A stretch of DNA of 64,000 bases, from positions 171,926,001 to 171,990,000 of the forward strand of contig OZ024743.1 in NCBI GenBank assembly GCA_964016885.1, in the 5' to 3' direction. Every line of letters begins with the position of its first letter. The stretch's first letter is position 1. Under the pieces are notes generated by a model. That model had not been told where the DNA came from. It did not search any database and saw only the letters and a list, made by a program, of their open reading frames with translations. Positions 1 to 12,449 of this stretch are shown in pieces. Source of the stretch: Eledone cirrhosa. Its lineage: Eukaryota. A program made the translations under genes and the position numbers.

Positions 1-1001
1 CTGAGGCAATTTCGGCTTGTAAACATAAATTGCACAAACCTTTCCTGTATTACAGCCCCACTTTATACTCTAACGGATAGTACGAACTATACACGGATAA
101 TTTATGTCTTGATGTGGTAGCTAAGTATATTTTATGTTTATAACATTACTTATTTCTATAGGTAAGTATATATTACCTGTATGTTTTGTGAGGTACGTAT
201 ACTTTCTCGTACGTATATTTGCTTCTATTTGTTATAGGCGTATATATTATACTATATATACTGGTACATGTGTATCTGGTTATGTGTATACGTGGGTTTT
301 GCGTTTGTGTGTGTATGCGGGTTTGCACGTATGTAGGGTGTGTGTATATGTATACTTTGTGTTTTGGTTGACGTACGTTTAGCGAAGATATGTGTATTTA
401 CATGTAGGTGTGTGTGTGCGCGCGTTATATGCGTATTTATGTGTGTATAGTTATATACGTTTATATACTTATATGTATACGCGCACACACACACACACAT
501 GTGTATATATATATTTTTATATATGTTTTATGTGTATTTGGTGTATACGTTCGTATGTGTGCGGGTACAGGCATTGCGTGGGTTTTTGTATGTGTGCGCG
601 TGGTTTAGTGTACCTTCCTTATTTGCATACCCATGGCGGGTGTTTTCGCGTATGCATCTGTATGTACGTATATGGATGCGTGCATGTATATATTTAGTTT
701 GTTGATTTCAATAACCCCTGGAATTTATTTACATTATTCTTAACTCTGAAGCCGTGTATCATTCGGTTTCCCAAATAGAATTTTAGTCTACGACTTCAGT
801 TATACCATAACCGTGGTTGTGTCTTTGCGTGGAGACGTTCTCTGGCAATGAACGGAAAAAACAAAGATAATACGTCAATATCTGGAGGGATGAGAACAAT
901 TACACGCAAAGACAAAACCACGGTTATGGTATAACTGAAGTCGTAGACTACAATTCTATTTAGGAAACCGAATGATTCTCGGCTTCAGAGTTAAGAATAA
1001 T

Positions 1002-1206
1002 TGTTTCTACTTTTGGCACAAGGCCAGCAATTATCCCAGTGTATTACTGGTACTTTATTTTATCGACCCCGTAAGGATGAAAGGCAAAGTGAACCTCGGC
1101 ACGATTTGAACTCAGTCCGTAAAGGGACGTAACTGTGCTGAAAAGCATGGCGTCCGACCCTCTACCGATACTGCCAATCCACCGCCCTTACTTCCAATCC
1201 ACCGCC
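1002..1206 (-). mobile_element. tRNA-derived SINE (octopus-type ...ggcacaaggcc...tatcgaccccg...aaggcaaagt family)
   Basis: B-box-like ctgagttcaaat on the minus strand; further copies at 17340-18110 and 23210-23335; 19-bp direct repeat cttcagagttaagaataat at 983-1001 and 1207-1225 (TSD). Confidence 0.85.
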
Positions 1207-2030
1207 CTTCAGAGTTAAGAATAATATAAATAAATTACAGAGGTTATTGAAATCAACAATAATTATATATATATAAGTGCGCATCCATATACGTACATAC
1301 ACATGCATACGCGAAAACACCCGCCATGGGTATGCAAATACAAGCTCATACACAAAAAAACACACACGCACATACAGAACCCACGCAACGACTGTACCCG
1401 CACACATACGAACGTATACACCAAATACCTATAAAAATATATATATGTGTGTGTGTGTATATACATATCATTATATAAACGTATATAATGATATGTATAT
1501 ACACACACATACATATATATATATATATTTTATGTGTATTTGGTGTATATAAATATACATACATAAATACGTATATAACGCGCTCAACGCATACCTACAT
1601 GTAAATACACATATGTTCGCTAAATACGTCAACCAAAACACAAAGTACACATATACACACACCCTACATACGTACGAACCCGCATACCCACACAGACGCA
1701 AATCTCGCGTATACACATAACCACATAAACGTGGTTTTGTCTTTGCGTGTAATTGTTCTCAGCGCTCCACATATTGACGTATTATCTTTGTTTTTTTCGT
1801 TCATTGCCAGAGAACGTCTCCACGAACCACCCAATAGTATATTAGTTTACAACTTCATGTATACCATAAACGTGGTTTTGTCTTCGCTCCAAATAATGAC
1901 GTATCATCTTCGTTTTTTCCCCGTTCTTTGCCAGGGAACGTTTCCACGAACCAAAGTATCGTCTTCCTGTCTTCCTTCGGCTGCAACGTTTTTCGAACTA
2001 TTTACTTCTGCGTTCACAGATTGATTTTTT

Positions 2031-2081
2031 AGTTTCAGAAGATCCCGTTAAGGGTGAAAGGAGCGATTCTTTCCTTAAATT
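2031..2081 (+). ncRNA. Hammerhead-like fold with variant core CAGAAGA (further copies 23538-23585, 24362-24412, split copy 56159-56200/59632-59641)
   Basis: agttt-CAGAAGA-t ccc gttaa ggg t-GAAA-gga gcgattctt tcc-TT-aaatt. Stem III is gga/tcc here and gca/tgc in the 23.5 and 24.4 kb copies. Confidence 0.45.
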
Positions 2082-2267
2082 TTAATCTGTTATTTTAATA
2101 AATATAATATATATATATATAATAGCAATATATATATATATAATAGCAATATATATGTATGTATTCTAGGAACGATCGACCTTCGTCAAATCGGACCGAG
2201 GGAACAATGTTTCCGTTGGTCTTTCCAATTGCTAATACTATCTATCGGTCGCAACTCCAGGGAAAAG

Positions 2268-2348
2268 GAGCAACGTGAAATAAAGTGTCTTGCTCAAGGA
2301 CATAACCCATCGCCTGGTCCAGGAATCGAACTCACAACCTTACGATAC
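2268..2348 (-). mobile_element. SINE fragment (second family)
   Basis: gagcaacgtgaaataaagtgtcttgctcaagga...ggaatcgaactc; B-box-like gagttcgattcc on the minus strand. Confidence 0.5.
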
Positions 2349-2976
2349 GATGCTAAAATAGAACATAAGGGTAAGTCAGATAACATAGAAATAAAAATAG
2401 AATCTACACACAGAAAACACGCAATGTTTAGACAAATCACAGAGGCAATAAACATAAATGAACTCCAACCAAAATTAAATAGAAAACATGAATGGAACAG
2501 CAACATCACAACTTACAATTAAGGACAAAATGAAAACACACACACATAGAACAAACAACCAACCAGTAACATGTAAATAAACAAATAAATAAACAAATAT
2601 AAACACACACAGACACCCGGATGTAACACATGCGTAAACTAAGCACACAACACACACAAAAGCAAGATGCCGTAGGGACTGAACAAAGGAGAGGCACAAA
2701 AACAAAGAAAAGAATCCCCAGTCACTGAAGAGGTCACAGAAAGTATGACGAAAGAATTTTGACAATATATGAACAACCGTCCGGTTGTGGAACCAACCAA
2801 CCAACCGGAAATTTATAAATTCTTAAATTTATAAATTTATTTTATAATAAATTGGAGTGAAAGCAACTGGTGCGTGTGTTTCTTATTGGCAACATGACCC
2901 TCCCAAAGCATAACAATATCGGTTTCAACACACGTTTTCAGATAAAGAATCTTGGTAAACAAATTCAGAAACGAAA
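2349..2976 (+). mobile_element. 3' fragment of Penelope-like element family A (end of GIY-YIG ORF plus pLTR with HHR motif at 2721-2763)
   Basis: Translation AKIEHKGK...EAININELQPKLNRKHEWN closely matches the ORF ends at 41452-41712 and 48937-49218; gtca-CTGAAGA-g gtca...tgac-GAAA; ends in (TA)n. Confidence 0.85.
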
Positions 2977-3107
2977 TATATATATATATATATATAAAGT
3001 GTGCAAATGCGAGCAGTGGAAAATGTCAGGGAGTTCTATTGTAAAGATGTTTTCCCTTCCCAAAAAAAAAGTTTACTACTACTACTGAATTCAAACAAGT
3101 TGATTTG

Positions 3108-3160
<53 letters not shown>

Positions 3161-3460
3161 TCTCTCTCACTCTCTCTCTCTCACTCTCTCTCTCTATTTA
3201 TACACACGCACATAATAGTCGCACACACATATTTACATATATACATCTATTATATCTATGTATGAATGAATTTATGCGTTTGTGTGTGCGTGTGTATATA
3301 TACACATACATAATTATGCATACGGACACACTAGACACAAACATACATACATGCTTGTATACATACATGCATACATATATACATGCATACATACATATAT
3401 ACATATAGATATACATGCATGTATACATAAAACATAAATACATACATGTAGATATACAGA

Positions 3461-4125
3461 TAGCTGTGTCACATGGACACAACACAGCTGTGTGATATAG
3501 ACACAACATAGCTGTGTGATATTGGCACAACATAGCTGTGTGATATTGGCACAACACAGCTGTGTGATATGGACACAACACAGCTGTGTGATATGGACAC
3601 AACACAGCTGTGTGATATAGACACAACATAGCTGTGTGATATTGGCACAACATAGCTGTGTGATATTGGCACAACACAGCTGTGTGATATGGACACAACA
3701 CAGCTGTGTGATATGGACACAACACAGCTGTGTGATATTGGCACAACACAGCTGTGTGATATGGACACAACACAGCTGTGTGATATTGGCACAACACAGC
3801 TGTGTGATATGGACACAACACAGCTGTGTGATATTGGCACAACACAGCTGTGTGATATGGACACAACACAGCTGTGTGATATTGGCACAACACAGCTGTG
3901 TGATATGGAGACAACACAGCTGTGTGATATGGACACAACACAGCTGTGTGACATAGACACAACACAGCTGTGTGATATTGGCACAACACAGCTGTGTGAT
4001 ATGAACACAACACAGCTGTGTGACATAGACACAACACAGCTGTGTGACATGGACAGACCACAACTGTGTGACATGGACACCTAACAGGTGTGTGACATGG
4101 ACACAACACAGGTGTGTAATATAAC
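3461..4125. repeat. 24-bp minisatellite (~27 units, cacaacacagctgtgtgatatgga / ...gatattgg variants)
   Basis: Direct inspection; 8-aa periodic ORFs in several frames; exact 120-bp higher-order duplication (3481-3600 = 3601-3720). Confidence 0.95.
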
Positions 4126-4459
4126 ACAAGTAACAAGATCCGAGTAGTGATATGTTGTAGAATAGAAGAAAAGAACAGCTCCAGATATTAAAACCGACAT
4201 CGATATGTTTAGTTCTAATTAAAATTTAATTAACGCTGTCAAAGCCTTGAGCAGTGTGCATGATTTATGGGCTTTGAAGTAATCTTCATCCAGCTACTTA
4301 CGCATGCACACTTACGTATACACTAAATACAAAGATTAAAACACATTACCCATTCACACACATTACACATTCGCAGATAAATGACGTCACTAAGATAATC
4401 AGTCTTGCAGAAATTATTTTTTCCCTCTTTCTCTCTTAGACCCCCCTCCACAGTCCCAC

Positions 4460-4546
<87 letters not shown>

Positions 4547-5339
4547 ACTCGTTTGTTTGTCCGTTTGTCTCCAATGCACTTAAAAACCAATACTTGGCAT
4601 GTGAGTTTCAGGAATAGGTTTTCATCACACTCGAACCTATATTCATTTGTTTATATGTTTGTCTGTTTGTCAGCCTATGGTAATGCTGGTCGTCGTCAGT
4701 TATCGCCTTCAGTACGACAGAATGTGACGGAAAATAGAGAGAATAAAGAAGGGAGGATTTGACAGCACACGTAAAGCGTGGAACGCCAAAGATGGAACTA
4801 AATAAGTAAGTAAACAATGCAAGGACGAGGAGACAAAGAAACAGAGATAAAGAAAGCGAAGAACGTGAGCGACAGATGTTCAATATTGTAGCCAACACTA
4901 AACCAACTAGCACGCGCTTTCTTCAGTATTGAACGACCTCCTCTCTTTCCAGTATGAAAGGAGGTACGCCTAAAACAAGTGAGTGACACATGTTCACTCA
5001 ACATCAAGGAACAACACACACCTGGTTTAATATCAAAATCCCCTCTCTCTTCTATCGGCTGCAGCAGATTTTTTCATACATTTTTTATATCTCTTCCGTA
5101 TAGGTATATATGTCATATCTACTTCATATTCAACCCGTGAACAAAAACGACCTCCATTCCATTTGAGGGCATTGTGTTTGTATTTTAACGCACGCTAATG
5201 GAAGTAACTCTGAGTATGTCATGGCTTTAGTTGGTGGCGATGGTTGTCGAATGAAACTTTCCTACTTTTAGTTACAATCCACATCAAGACTGCCTCAGAA
5301 CCTTTAATTCAAATTTCCTCAATGAACAAGATTTGTCCA

Positions 5340-5780
5340 AATTGTGATGCTAAAACATGAAAAGGTGAGTCAAACGGATTGTGCTATTTAAATGGATTAA
5401 GTTTAAACTATTACCTGAACCGTTGGGGAGACTATATTGATTGGTACAACTACTGAATAAAGAGACTTTTTTCAAAATATATAGAAGTACAATAATCCAT
5501 TCCAAATGATTTGGTGCAAATGTCTTCCATGAAAGTAGCTTCATACCCACTTTCAAGATCCAAGAGCAAGTGTTCCATAAAATTAGACCACTTCAGCCAC
5601 TTTCAGAAGAAGACCCAAAATATTTATTACTGTATCTCATCAGTGATATGAAAACCCAAGCACAGACAAGATATGAAAGGAATAAAGAAACAAAGTATGA
5701 AATCCTATTGCAACTACAAGATATGTTACATACAAGAAACAATTAGATTAGGTTTCAAATATACCCTAGAAAGGTTTTAA
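5340..5780 (+). pseudogene. Degenerate Helitron Rep/helicase N-terminal fragment
   Basis: Frameshifted translation ...LPEPL...KYNNPFQM..FGA...SFIPTFKIQEQVFHKIRPLQPLSEEDPKYLLLYLISD resembles the Helitron PTFKIQGQVYH motif; possible 3' hairpin at ~5801-5820. Confidence 0.65.
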
Positions 5781-6479
5781 ATGAAATTCCATTTTCTTTA
5801 ACCCGGTAACAACGCCGGTCTGCTCTGTCTTTTACTCTCTATCACAGACTAAACATACTTCCTTTATCTTATGTCACATACTCGTTAATAGATACACGCT
5901 TACATAAATATCAAATTTAGATACTTCACACGAATACATTATAAACTTCAACAAACATACACACGTTAAAATGTTATCATACACTCACACAAACAAATCC
6001 ACACATTTCTCGGACACACGCTAACACTGCCAGATACTTTACACACACACAATTACTTCAACGCACATATACAGTACAGACATTCAAACTTAGATTCACT
6101 CACACATACATGTCCACTACCACTAACACATGGATATACGCATACACACTCTATCTGTGATAATTTACACGATATACCTTTAAAAATCATATACGTTTAA
6201 ACATACACTTACAATTACACATATGACGATCCTAATACACACACTCCACTTTGTGTTCCAGCTCGTTACCAAGACTACCTAACAGTTTGTCTTTTTTCAC
6301 TCTTCATTTCAATTTTTTTCCTTTACTCGGACCTCTTTTCTGTTTTTTCTTTGCAAGCTTGTCTTTATTTTGTACTCCTGAAGAAGGAATAAAGACGGAC
6401 ACGTCGAACTTTCTTTCCTCTTTTCAATATAAGCGTGAAATTAATATACTTTTGTACCGCTATTTGTTGTCTCCATGAA

Positions 6480-6550
<71 letters not shown>

Positions 6551-6886
6551 CAGTAAGAGAGAGACGGTTTTATTCGTACATCTTCATTTTATTATCTAGT
6601 TCGTTATATGTATTTCAAAGATCAAAGATAGTTATATATTAACCACCTTACACGTTTTTTTCAGACGAATGATATTTAGAATGCCATGGTCAAAAGCGTC
6701 TAACAGAGCATCTCTAGACTCTCAGCAAATTGGGAAATCTTCGATGGCAAGGCCAGTCATAACAATAATGCATTAGCTAGAGTCGGTTACCATGACAACA
6801 TTAAATACATACAAAAAGATAGAGGCAATTACACACCCACACATGAACCCAAACAAACCAACGTCGTAAATACCAACAAACTCACA

Positions 6887-6941
<55 letters not shown>

Positions 6942-7184
6942 CTTTCTTTATTAACCACAAGGGTTCACATAAAGTTGACATTAAGGACAGTACAGGACAA
7001 TACAGGACGGTACAAATGGGCATTTCTGCGTGTAAAAAAAACAGAGGATGAAATAAAATAACAAAGAAAAATTCCCCAATAAGGGGGAGACTTCCGAGGG
7101 ACATTTGTGGAGAAAGCCCATTAAAAGACCACAGTGGCCCTGACCACCAGGGCAAGTGCCCTCTCCCAGTTTTCCACCTTTAAT

Positions 7185-10174
7185 TTACAGACACATACTC
7201 AGAGAAGGCCCATTCATTCGGGCCATACTTGCTTCTCTCACCCATCTTCCAACAAAATGCTGGGAAGAGAGCACTTCCCTCTCTACCCTGATTTTCCTTT
7301 TCAGATGAAATTTGGAAAAGTTAATCAGGGCATCACCGAAGAGGTAAGTGTTCGTCTTCAGCCCTTTCAAACGTGTCCACAATACTATCTCTTTCGCCAT
7401 GGCCACCAGACAGATAAAAACTGCCTGCCCTTCCCGGCTAAAGGAAGAGGGCGGGGCAATCCTCACGATGGACTCAGCTGATAGCTGGATCCGTCCTACA
7501 TGTGACAGCAGGTGTTCGACATAAACCCACAAGTCAGCAATGCCCGGACACTGGACGAGTGCGTGCAGGACGGTTTCGTCGCCCTGTGCGCATCTCGGAC
7601 ATGCCCGGCTGACGGCACCTCCATGCCTGTAGAGTTTATCCCGAACTGGCAAAGCTTCTCGGTAGCACTGCCAGGCCAGGGATTTCTGGAAGTTGTCCAT
7701 AGGCCCCGGCCCGAAAGTCCTTCCGAAGAGATTGGCTAGTTGATTTTCGTCGACGCCTAGAGTTTCTCCAAGTACGTCGTCGCTCTTCCCCTCCACTAAT
7801 CCCCTATAGAACGCCATGGTGGAGTTTCCACCGATCACATTGCCCGATTGGTCGAGGGCTGTGAGCGCCTGAAGACATTCCAGTCTCCAAGCGCTCCCTC
7901 TCGGTCTTCGCTTGACCCAGGACTGCAGCTCCGTCAAGGAGACGAGTTGGGGAAAAACGTGTCTAGCAAACGGCGACCACACCTGATCACCGTCGAGGAA
8001 GAGGTGAAGCCTGAGCGCGTGTCTGCGCATCATCAGCCACGGCATGCCCAGCCCTCCACCTAGCGGATGTTGACAGCAGATGGACCGCCTGACCATCGGA
8101 GCGCGTCCCTTCCACAAGAAGCGAAAGAGCAAACGCTCCAGCGCAGTCAGGCGGGGCTTAGGACCCTCCCTCAACGTCTCCAGTTTGTGCAGTAATGGCT
8201 CGAGAGTCAATACGTACAATAGGGACGAGAGGGGACATCCTTGGCGGACCGAGCGCATGATGTTGAACGGTTCCGAAAGGTGACCGTTCACTCTCACTAC
8301 AGAGCAGATGTCGCTGTGCATGGCAGCGATCCAGCCTCTGAAGACGGGCCCAAATCCAGCCGCCCTCAGGACTGCCGCTAGGTAACGATGGTCGACCCTA
8401 TCGAAGGCTTTCGACTGATCTAAATTGATCAAAGACCCACCCTTGCCAGGTTCCCTAGCTACCCTCTCTACGATGTATCGCATGAGGTGGAGGTTGTCGT
8501 GGATGGATCTGTCGGGAATGGCGCATGTCTGTGCCTCTCCCACCAGACCACCAACGACAAGCGCCAACCTCTTTGCTAGCACCTTGGCCAAAATCTTGAA
8601 CTCTGTGTTTAGCAGAGTTATGGGCCTAAAATTATCTATGTTATCCCCCTTGTTCGGATCCTTTCTCAGCAGCGCCACTGCTCCTCGGCTCACAGCGCTG
8701 GGAATTCTCCCGTTCTGTTGCCAGTTGCAGTAGACGTCCGCCAAGAGGCCTCCGAACAAGTTTGGCATTTGTACGTAAAGTTCATAGGGCAGACCATCCA
8801 AACCAGGCGATTTACCCCTTGTGCAACTAGTCGTTGCATCCCGTGCTTCAGCGCTTGTTATCGGCTTTTCGCAACACTCCGCCTCAGTGGCCGAAAGCCG
8901 CGGCAGTCCGTCGAGGTAGACACTAAAGTCCATCCCTCGATCCGGCCCGCCACTGCCCCCGAACAGTTGAGCGAAGTGTCGCTGAAAAGCTTCACACATT
9001 TGCCCGGGATCGAGTAGCATGCGCCCGTCGTGGTCCACCAAAGACCGGATCGTGGCTTTGTTGCCACGACGCGCCTCCGCCACTCGGGCCCATTGAACGG
9101 CTTTCGTCCCCTCGTGTCTGAGAGCACGCACCCTAGCTCTGACAACGCAGCCTTCGTGCTTTGCATTGAAGAATTGGTCAAGGGCCAATTACGCCGCAAG
9201 TACGTCGGTCGCGATGCCTTTGATAAGTGCCTCATCTAATTTTCTAACTAGTTCTCCCTCTGCTCTATTTTTCTCTATTGCTAAAGTCTTACTAAACCTA
9301 ATGGACTCTATTCTAATTGCTCTTTTCAGAGCAAACCACCACTTGTTGTTGACGATGGCCCCCGTCAACGCCCGCATAACTAGTTCGCTAATCCGGTCTA
9401 TGTAGGCCTTGCGCGCTGGTAAGGACGCGTTTAGCTTCCAGTAGCCGGGTCCTCGCCTGTGAAGCCTATCTAAGTCAAGCACACAGATCACGAATTTGTG
9501 GTTCGTGTAGCTAATTATCTTGAATTGTGGACAATGCTAGACCTATCTATTTCCCTACAAAATACTCTATCTAGATATGATCTGGATGACCCTATGCGAT
9601 TTGTCCAAGTCCACATTGGTACATTCGGGATATCCATTCGGTACCTGTCAGACAGTTCAAAACGTCTGAGCAGGTTGGTGAGACTCTTGCACCCTCCTTC
9701 CCTATCCACTAATCCCACACAATCCCAGCGTGCATCTAAGATCCCGTTCCAGTCGCCCACTAACACTAAAGAGCGGGACGTTCCAAGAAAGGTCTCCAGA
9801 CGCCGGAAGAAATCAGGCCGCCCTGCTCCTGTCGGGGCATAGACGGCCACTAACCTGAAAGTTTGCCCGTCTCCGCTGGTCACATCCAGCACCACCAACT
9901 TACCTTCTGGTTCCAGGAAGATGGCCCGTATGGCAAGATCCAAACCTCTCCGAAAAAGCACAGCAACTCCTCCCCCCGATCCCGGACGGCTGGGAGATGC
10001 GTACACATCGTAGCCGCCGAAGATCGGTGCGAAAGCCTGTGCTTCGGAGATTCTCGTCTCGCTGATGGCCACTACATCTATGTTTAGTGACCTGAGGTCG
10101 TTGAGCAGGTGGCCCTGCTTCCATGACGACCCCAAGCCACGCGCATTTATGCTGCCTATTCTGAGTGAGGTCAT
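7185..10174 (-). pseudogene. LINE ORF2 (APE endonuclease + reverse transcriptase), frameshifted and internally deleted
   Basis: SINARGL, ISET, VYAP, GDWN, SYLDRV (APE); KSPGLDGLP, FRPITLLNTEFKILAK, DQSKAFDRV, VRQGCPLS (RT); CPRC...HALVQC. The YADD catalytic segment is absent. Confidence 0.9.
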
Positions 10175-10693
10175 GTTGAAAAGGAGTGGAAAAGATGGGA
10201 AAGACCACTTACCTTACTTCTCGTAGGGGAAGGACGGTTTTTCCATCCTTTTCACTGCTTGTGGCCTCCTCAGGAAGGATGTCCTTATAAATCCTCCTGG
10301 AGAGTGCTTGTCGGAAGTCTCCGATGTCTTTGGGGAATTTTTGTTTTAGTGTCATGTACGTTTTCTGTGTGATGCGAGTGATTTGTATGTGTGGAGGTGG
10401 TGTGAATTTTGGGGTTGTTGTGTAGTCTTTTTCTGTGATGCTAGTGTTGTGTTGGATGTAGTGTAATAATTGCTTGTTGTTCAAATTTAATGCTGTGTAG
10501 TGTGTATCGTTTTGGTTGTTTTGTTTTGTTTGCGTTTGTTGTGGGTATGTTTCTGTTTCGCATTTTGGTGACTTTTGTGGTGTAGGTGATGGTGGTGTTG
10601 GAGTTAATGATGGTGATGGTGTTGGTGTTTGGGTTGATGGGGTTGCTGATGCTGGTGTGGATGGTGGCATATCTGTCCTAACTTTTTTGTTTC

Positions 10694-12100
10694 TTAGTTT
10701 ATTTGTTTCCCTCTGTATTTTGTTTTTGTAGGGGGAAGGAAGAGAATTTTTTCTTTTTTGGTTTCTTTTTTTTTTCCGGATATCGTTTCCCACTCCTCGT
10801 CGTCACAATCTGTCTCCAGTTGTGATAGGCCGGGGAGTGGAAAATCCTCCACAGCCGTTAGTTTTGGTTGTGGTGTGGTGGATGGTGTAGGCGCTGGTGC
10901 TAGTTCTGAAGCGTTGTGTGGTGGTGGTGTTGGTTTTGCTACTGTTGCTGGGGTTGTTGCTGTTATAGTTGCTTCTGTTGTTGCTGCTACAGTTGTTACT
11001 GCCATCTCTGCTACTGGTGGTGTTGATGGTTGTGTCACTGGGGTGGGTAGGAGAGGTGGCCTCAACCTTTTAGCCTGAGGGCAGAAAACACTTAGGTGGG
11101 TTCCTTCACCACAAACGACACACCTAGGTCTTCTGCCCTCGACAATTACCGTGAGGTGGCTGCCGTCAGTGAAGTCTATTACCTCTGGGATCTCCTCAAT
11201 GCTTTTTTGGTACGCTTGGATCAGGAGCTCCATCCCAGATCCGGACCAGTTTTCCTGCTTTTCTTTTGCTATTGCTATTATTTTCGTGTTGGCTTCGATG
11301 CCGGCGAGGACAGCCGCTATTAGCCAGGGAATTTCGATGGCCGGTGGAACGTGGGTCACCCTGATCTTTACGAGTCTCTGGCCACAATAGCTTGGGACGA
11401 GTGTGAAGTCGTCACTTTTTAATGGGGCCATGGAGTGTTCTCTAGCCTCCTCTGGTGTTTCAAAGAACACGTCCACTGTTCCATACTTTTGCCCACGTCT
11501 GATGTGGGTTTTTCTTGCCCACACATGTCCCAAAGCTTTTTGGATTTGGGACTCGGATGCCCGTTCCACTCGGCGCAATTTTACATTTATTGTTCTATAC
11601 GACACGGTGCATAGGCGCCGATGCTCCATTTTATTAGGTGGGTGGGGGGTGAGGCTGACCCTGTACCCATCTTTCTTTACCATTTGTTTGACATTTTCTA
11701 AATCCTCTTGAGTTACCGTGAATGCTTCGAATTGTTTTGCCACTATGGCGAAACTGAGGGTCGGTTTTATAATGTCATTGTTGTTGTTGTTGCTATCGTT
11801 ATTTGTGTTAATATTAATTTTAGTTTCAGTTGTGGTGGTGGTGACGTCAGTCGTCTTTGGTGCGGAAGAGTCCATTTTGCTTAATTTCATTTCGACATCA
11901 CGAGTTAATTGATTTCTTTCTTCTTTTGTTTCTGTTGTCGCGGTGGTGGTGGGGGTGGGGGTTGTCGCGGTGGTGGTGGTGGTGGAGGCTTTGACACCTG
12001 CAGTCATTGGTAATGGCGGGAAATGAATGTCTGCCTGAGACAAATTTAAAATATTGCTACTGCTTATATTTTTTTTTTGTGTTGGCAAACGTAGTAACAT
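10694..12100 (-). CDS. LINE ORF1 (gag-like, zinc knuckle); frameshifted continuation 10209-10793
   Basis: 468-aa ORF containing CVVCGEGTHLSVFC (CX2CX4HX4C), immediately upstream of the endonuclease ORF. Confidence 0.8.
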   Translation of the reverse strand: MLLRLPTQKKNISSSNILNLSQADIHFPPLPMTAGVKASTTTTTATTPTPTTTATTETKEERNQLTRDVEMKLSKMDSSAPKTTDVTTTTTETKININTNNDSNNNNNDIIKPTLSFAIVAKQFEAFTVTQEDLENVKQMVKKDGYRVSLTPHPPNKMEHRRLCTVSYRTINVKLRRVERASESQIQKALGHVWARKTHIRRGQKYGTVDVFFETPEEAREHSMAPLKSDDFTLVPSYCGQRLVKIRVTHVPPAIEIPWLIAAVLAGIEANTKIIAIAKEKQENWSGSGMELLIQAYQKSIEEIPEVIDFTDGSHLTVIVEGRRPRCVVCGEGTHLSVFCPQAKRLRPPLLPTPVTQPSTPPVAEMAVTTVAATTEATITATTPATVAKPTPPPHNASELAPAPTPSTTPQPKLTAVEDFPLPGLSQLETDCDDEEWETISGKKKETKKEKILFLPPTKTKYRGKQIN

Positions 12101-12387
12101 TTACAATGGTGGTGTCGGTGTGAGGTGTTATTTTGTGAGGAAGGCTTTCAGCTGCTTCGTGCAGAGGGGAATTAGCCATTTTTCTTTAAAGAAATTTTTG
12201 GATAATAATAAAAGTTAAAATTTTGGGCACAAGGCCCCAATCTTTTTGGGTGTCCTTATCGGAAAACAATGTATGTGTGCTTATAAACAGTTAACAATAA
12301 AATTTTCCATAAATGGCAATTTTTAACAAACGGAAATAACAAACCTTTGCGGAGCTCACGATGATACGATTTACTACGTAGGTCGCC

Positions 12388-12447
<60 letters not shown>

Positions 12448-12449
12448 CT

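Larger units (their letters stand above)
1..2100. mobile_element. Rearranged copy of a non-coding dispersed repeat (forward 1-830, inverted 831-1725 interrupted by a SINE, forward 1730-2100)
   Basis: 1-~470 matches 55697-56145. The terminal block (cagattgattttttagtttcagaagatcccgttaagggtgaaag...aatctgttattttaata) recurs at ~23520-23600, ~24345-24430 and 56146-56200/59632-59660. 733-830 and 904-1001 are inverted repeats, and 1207-1725 is the reverse complement of ~265-750. Confidence 0.75.
6941..12385 (-). mobile_element. Near full-length Tx1/L1-clade non-LTR retrotransposon (defective)
   Basis: ORF1 with CCHC knuckle, then APE endonuclease, RT and C-terminal zinc finger; AATAAA near the 3' end; (TAA)n on both sides. 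Confidence 0.9.

Noticed and set aside
134-1716. Many short Y/I/C/V/H/T-rich ORFs here and throughout the window
   Set aside because: They are translations of (TA)n, (CA)n, (GA)n and degenerate purine-pyrimidine tracts, not genes.
3461-4125. CRISPR-like periodic palindromic repeat
   Set aside because: No unique spacers, no cas genes, and the context is eukaryotic.
3198-4136. 312-aa Cys/His-rich ORF resembling a metallothionein or keratin-associated protein
   Set aside because: It is a by-product of a 24-bp minisatellite open in several frames; no independent evidence of a gene.
6375-6410. CTGAAGA...acgtcgaa as a hammerhead
   Set aside because: GAAA and stems cannot be completed; at most a decayed PLE end.
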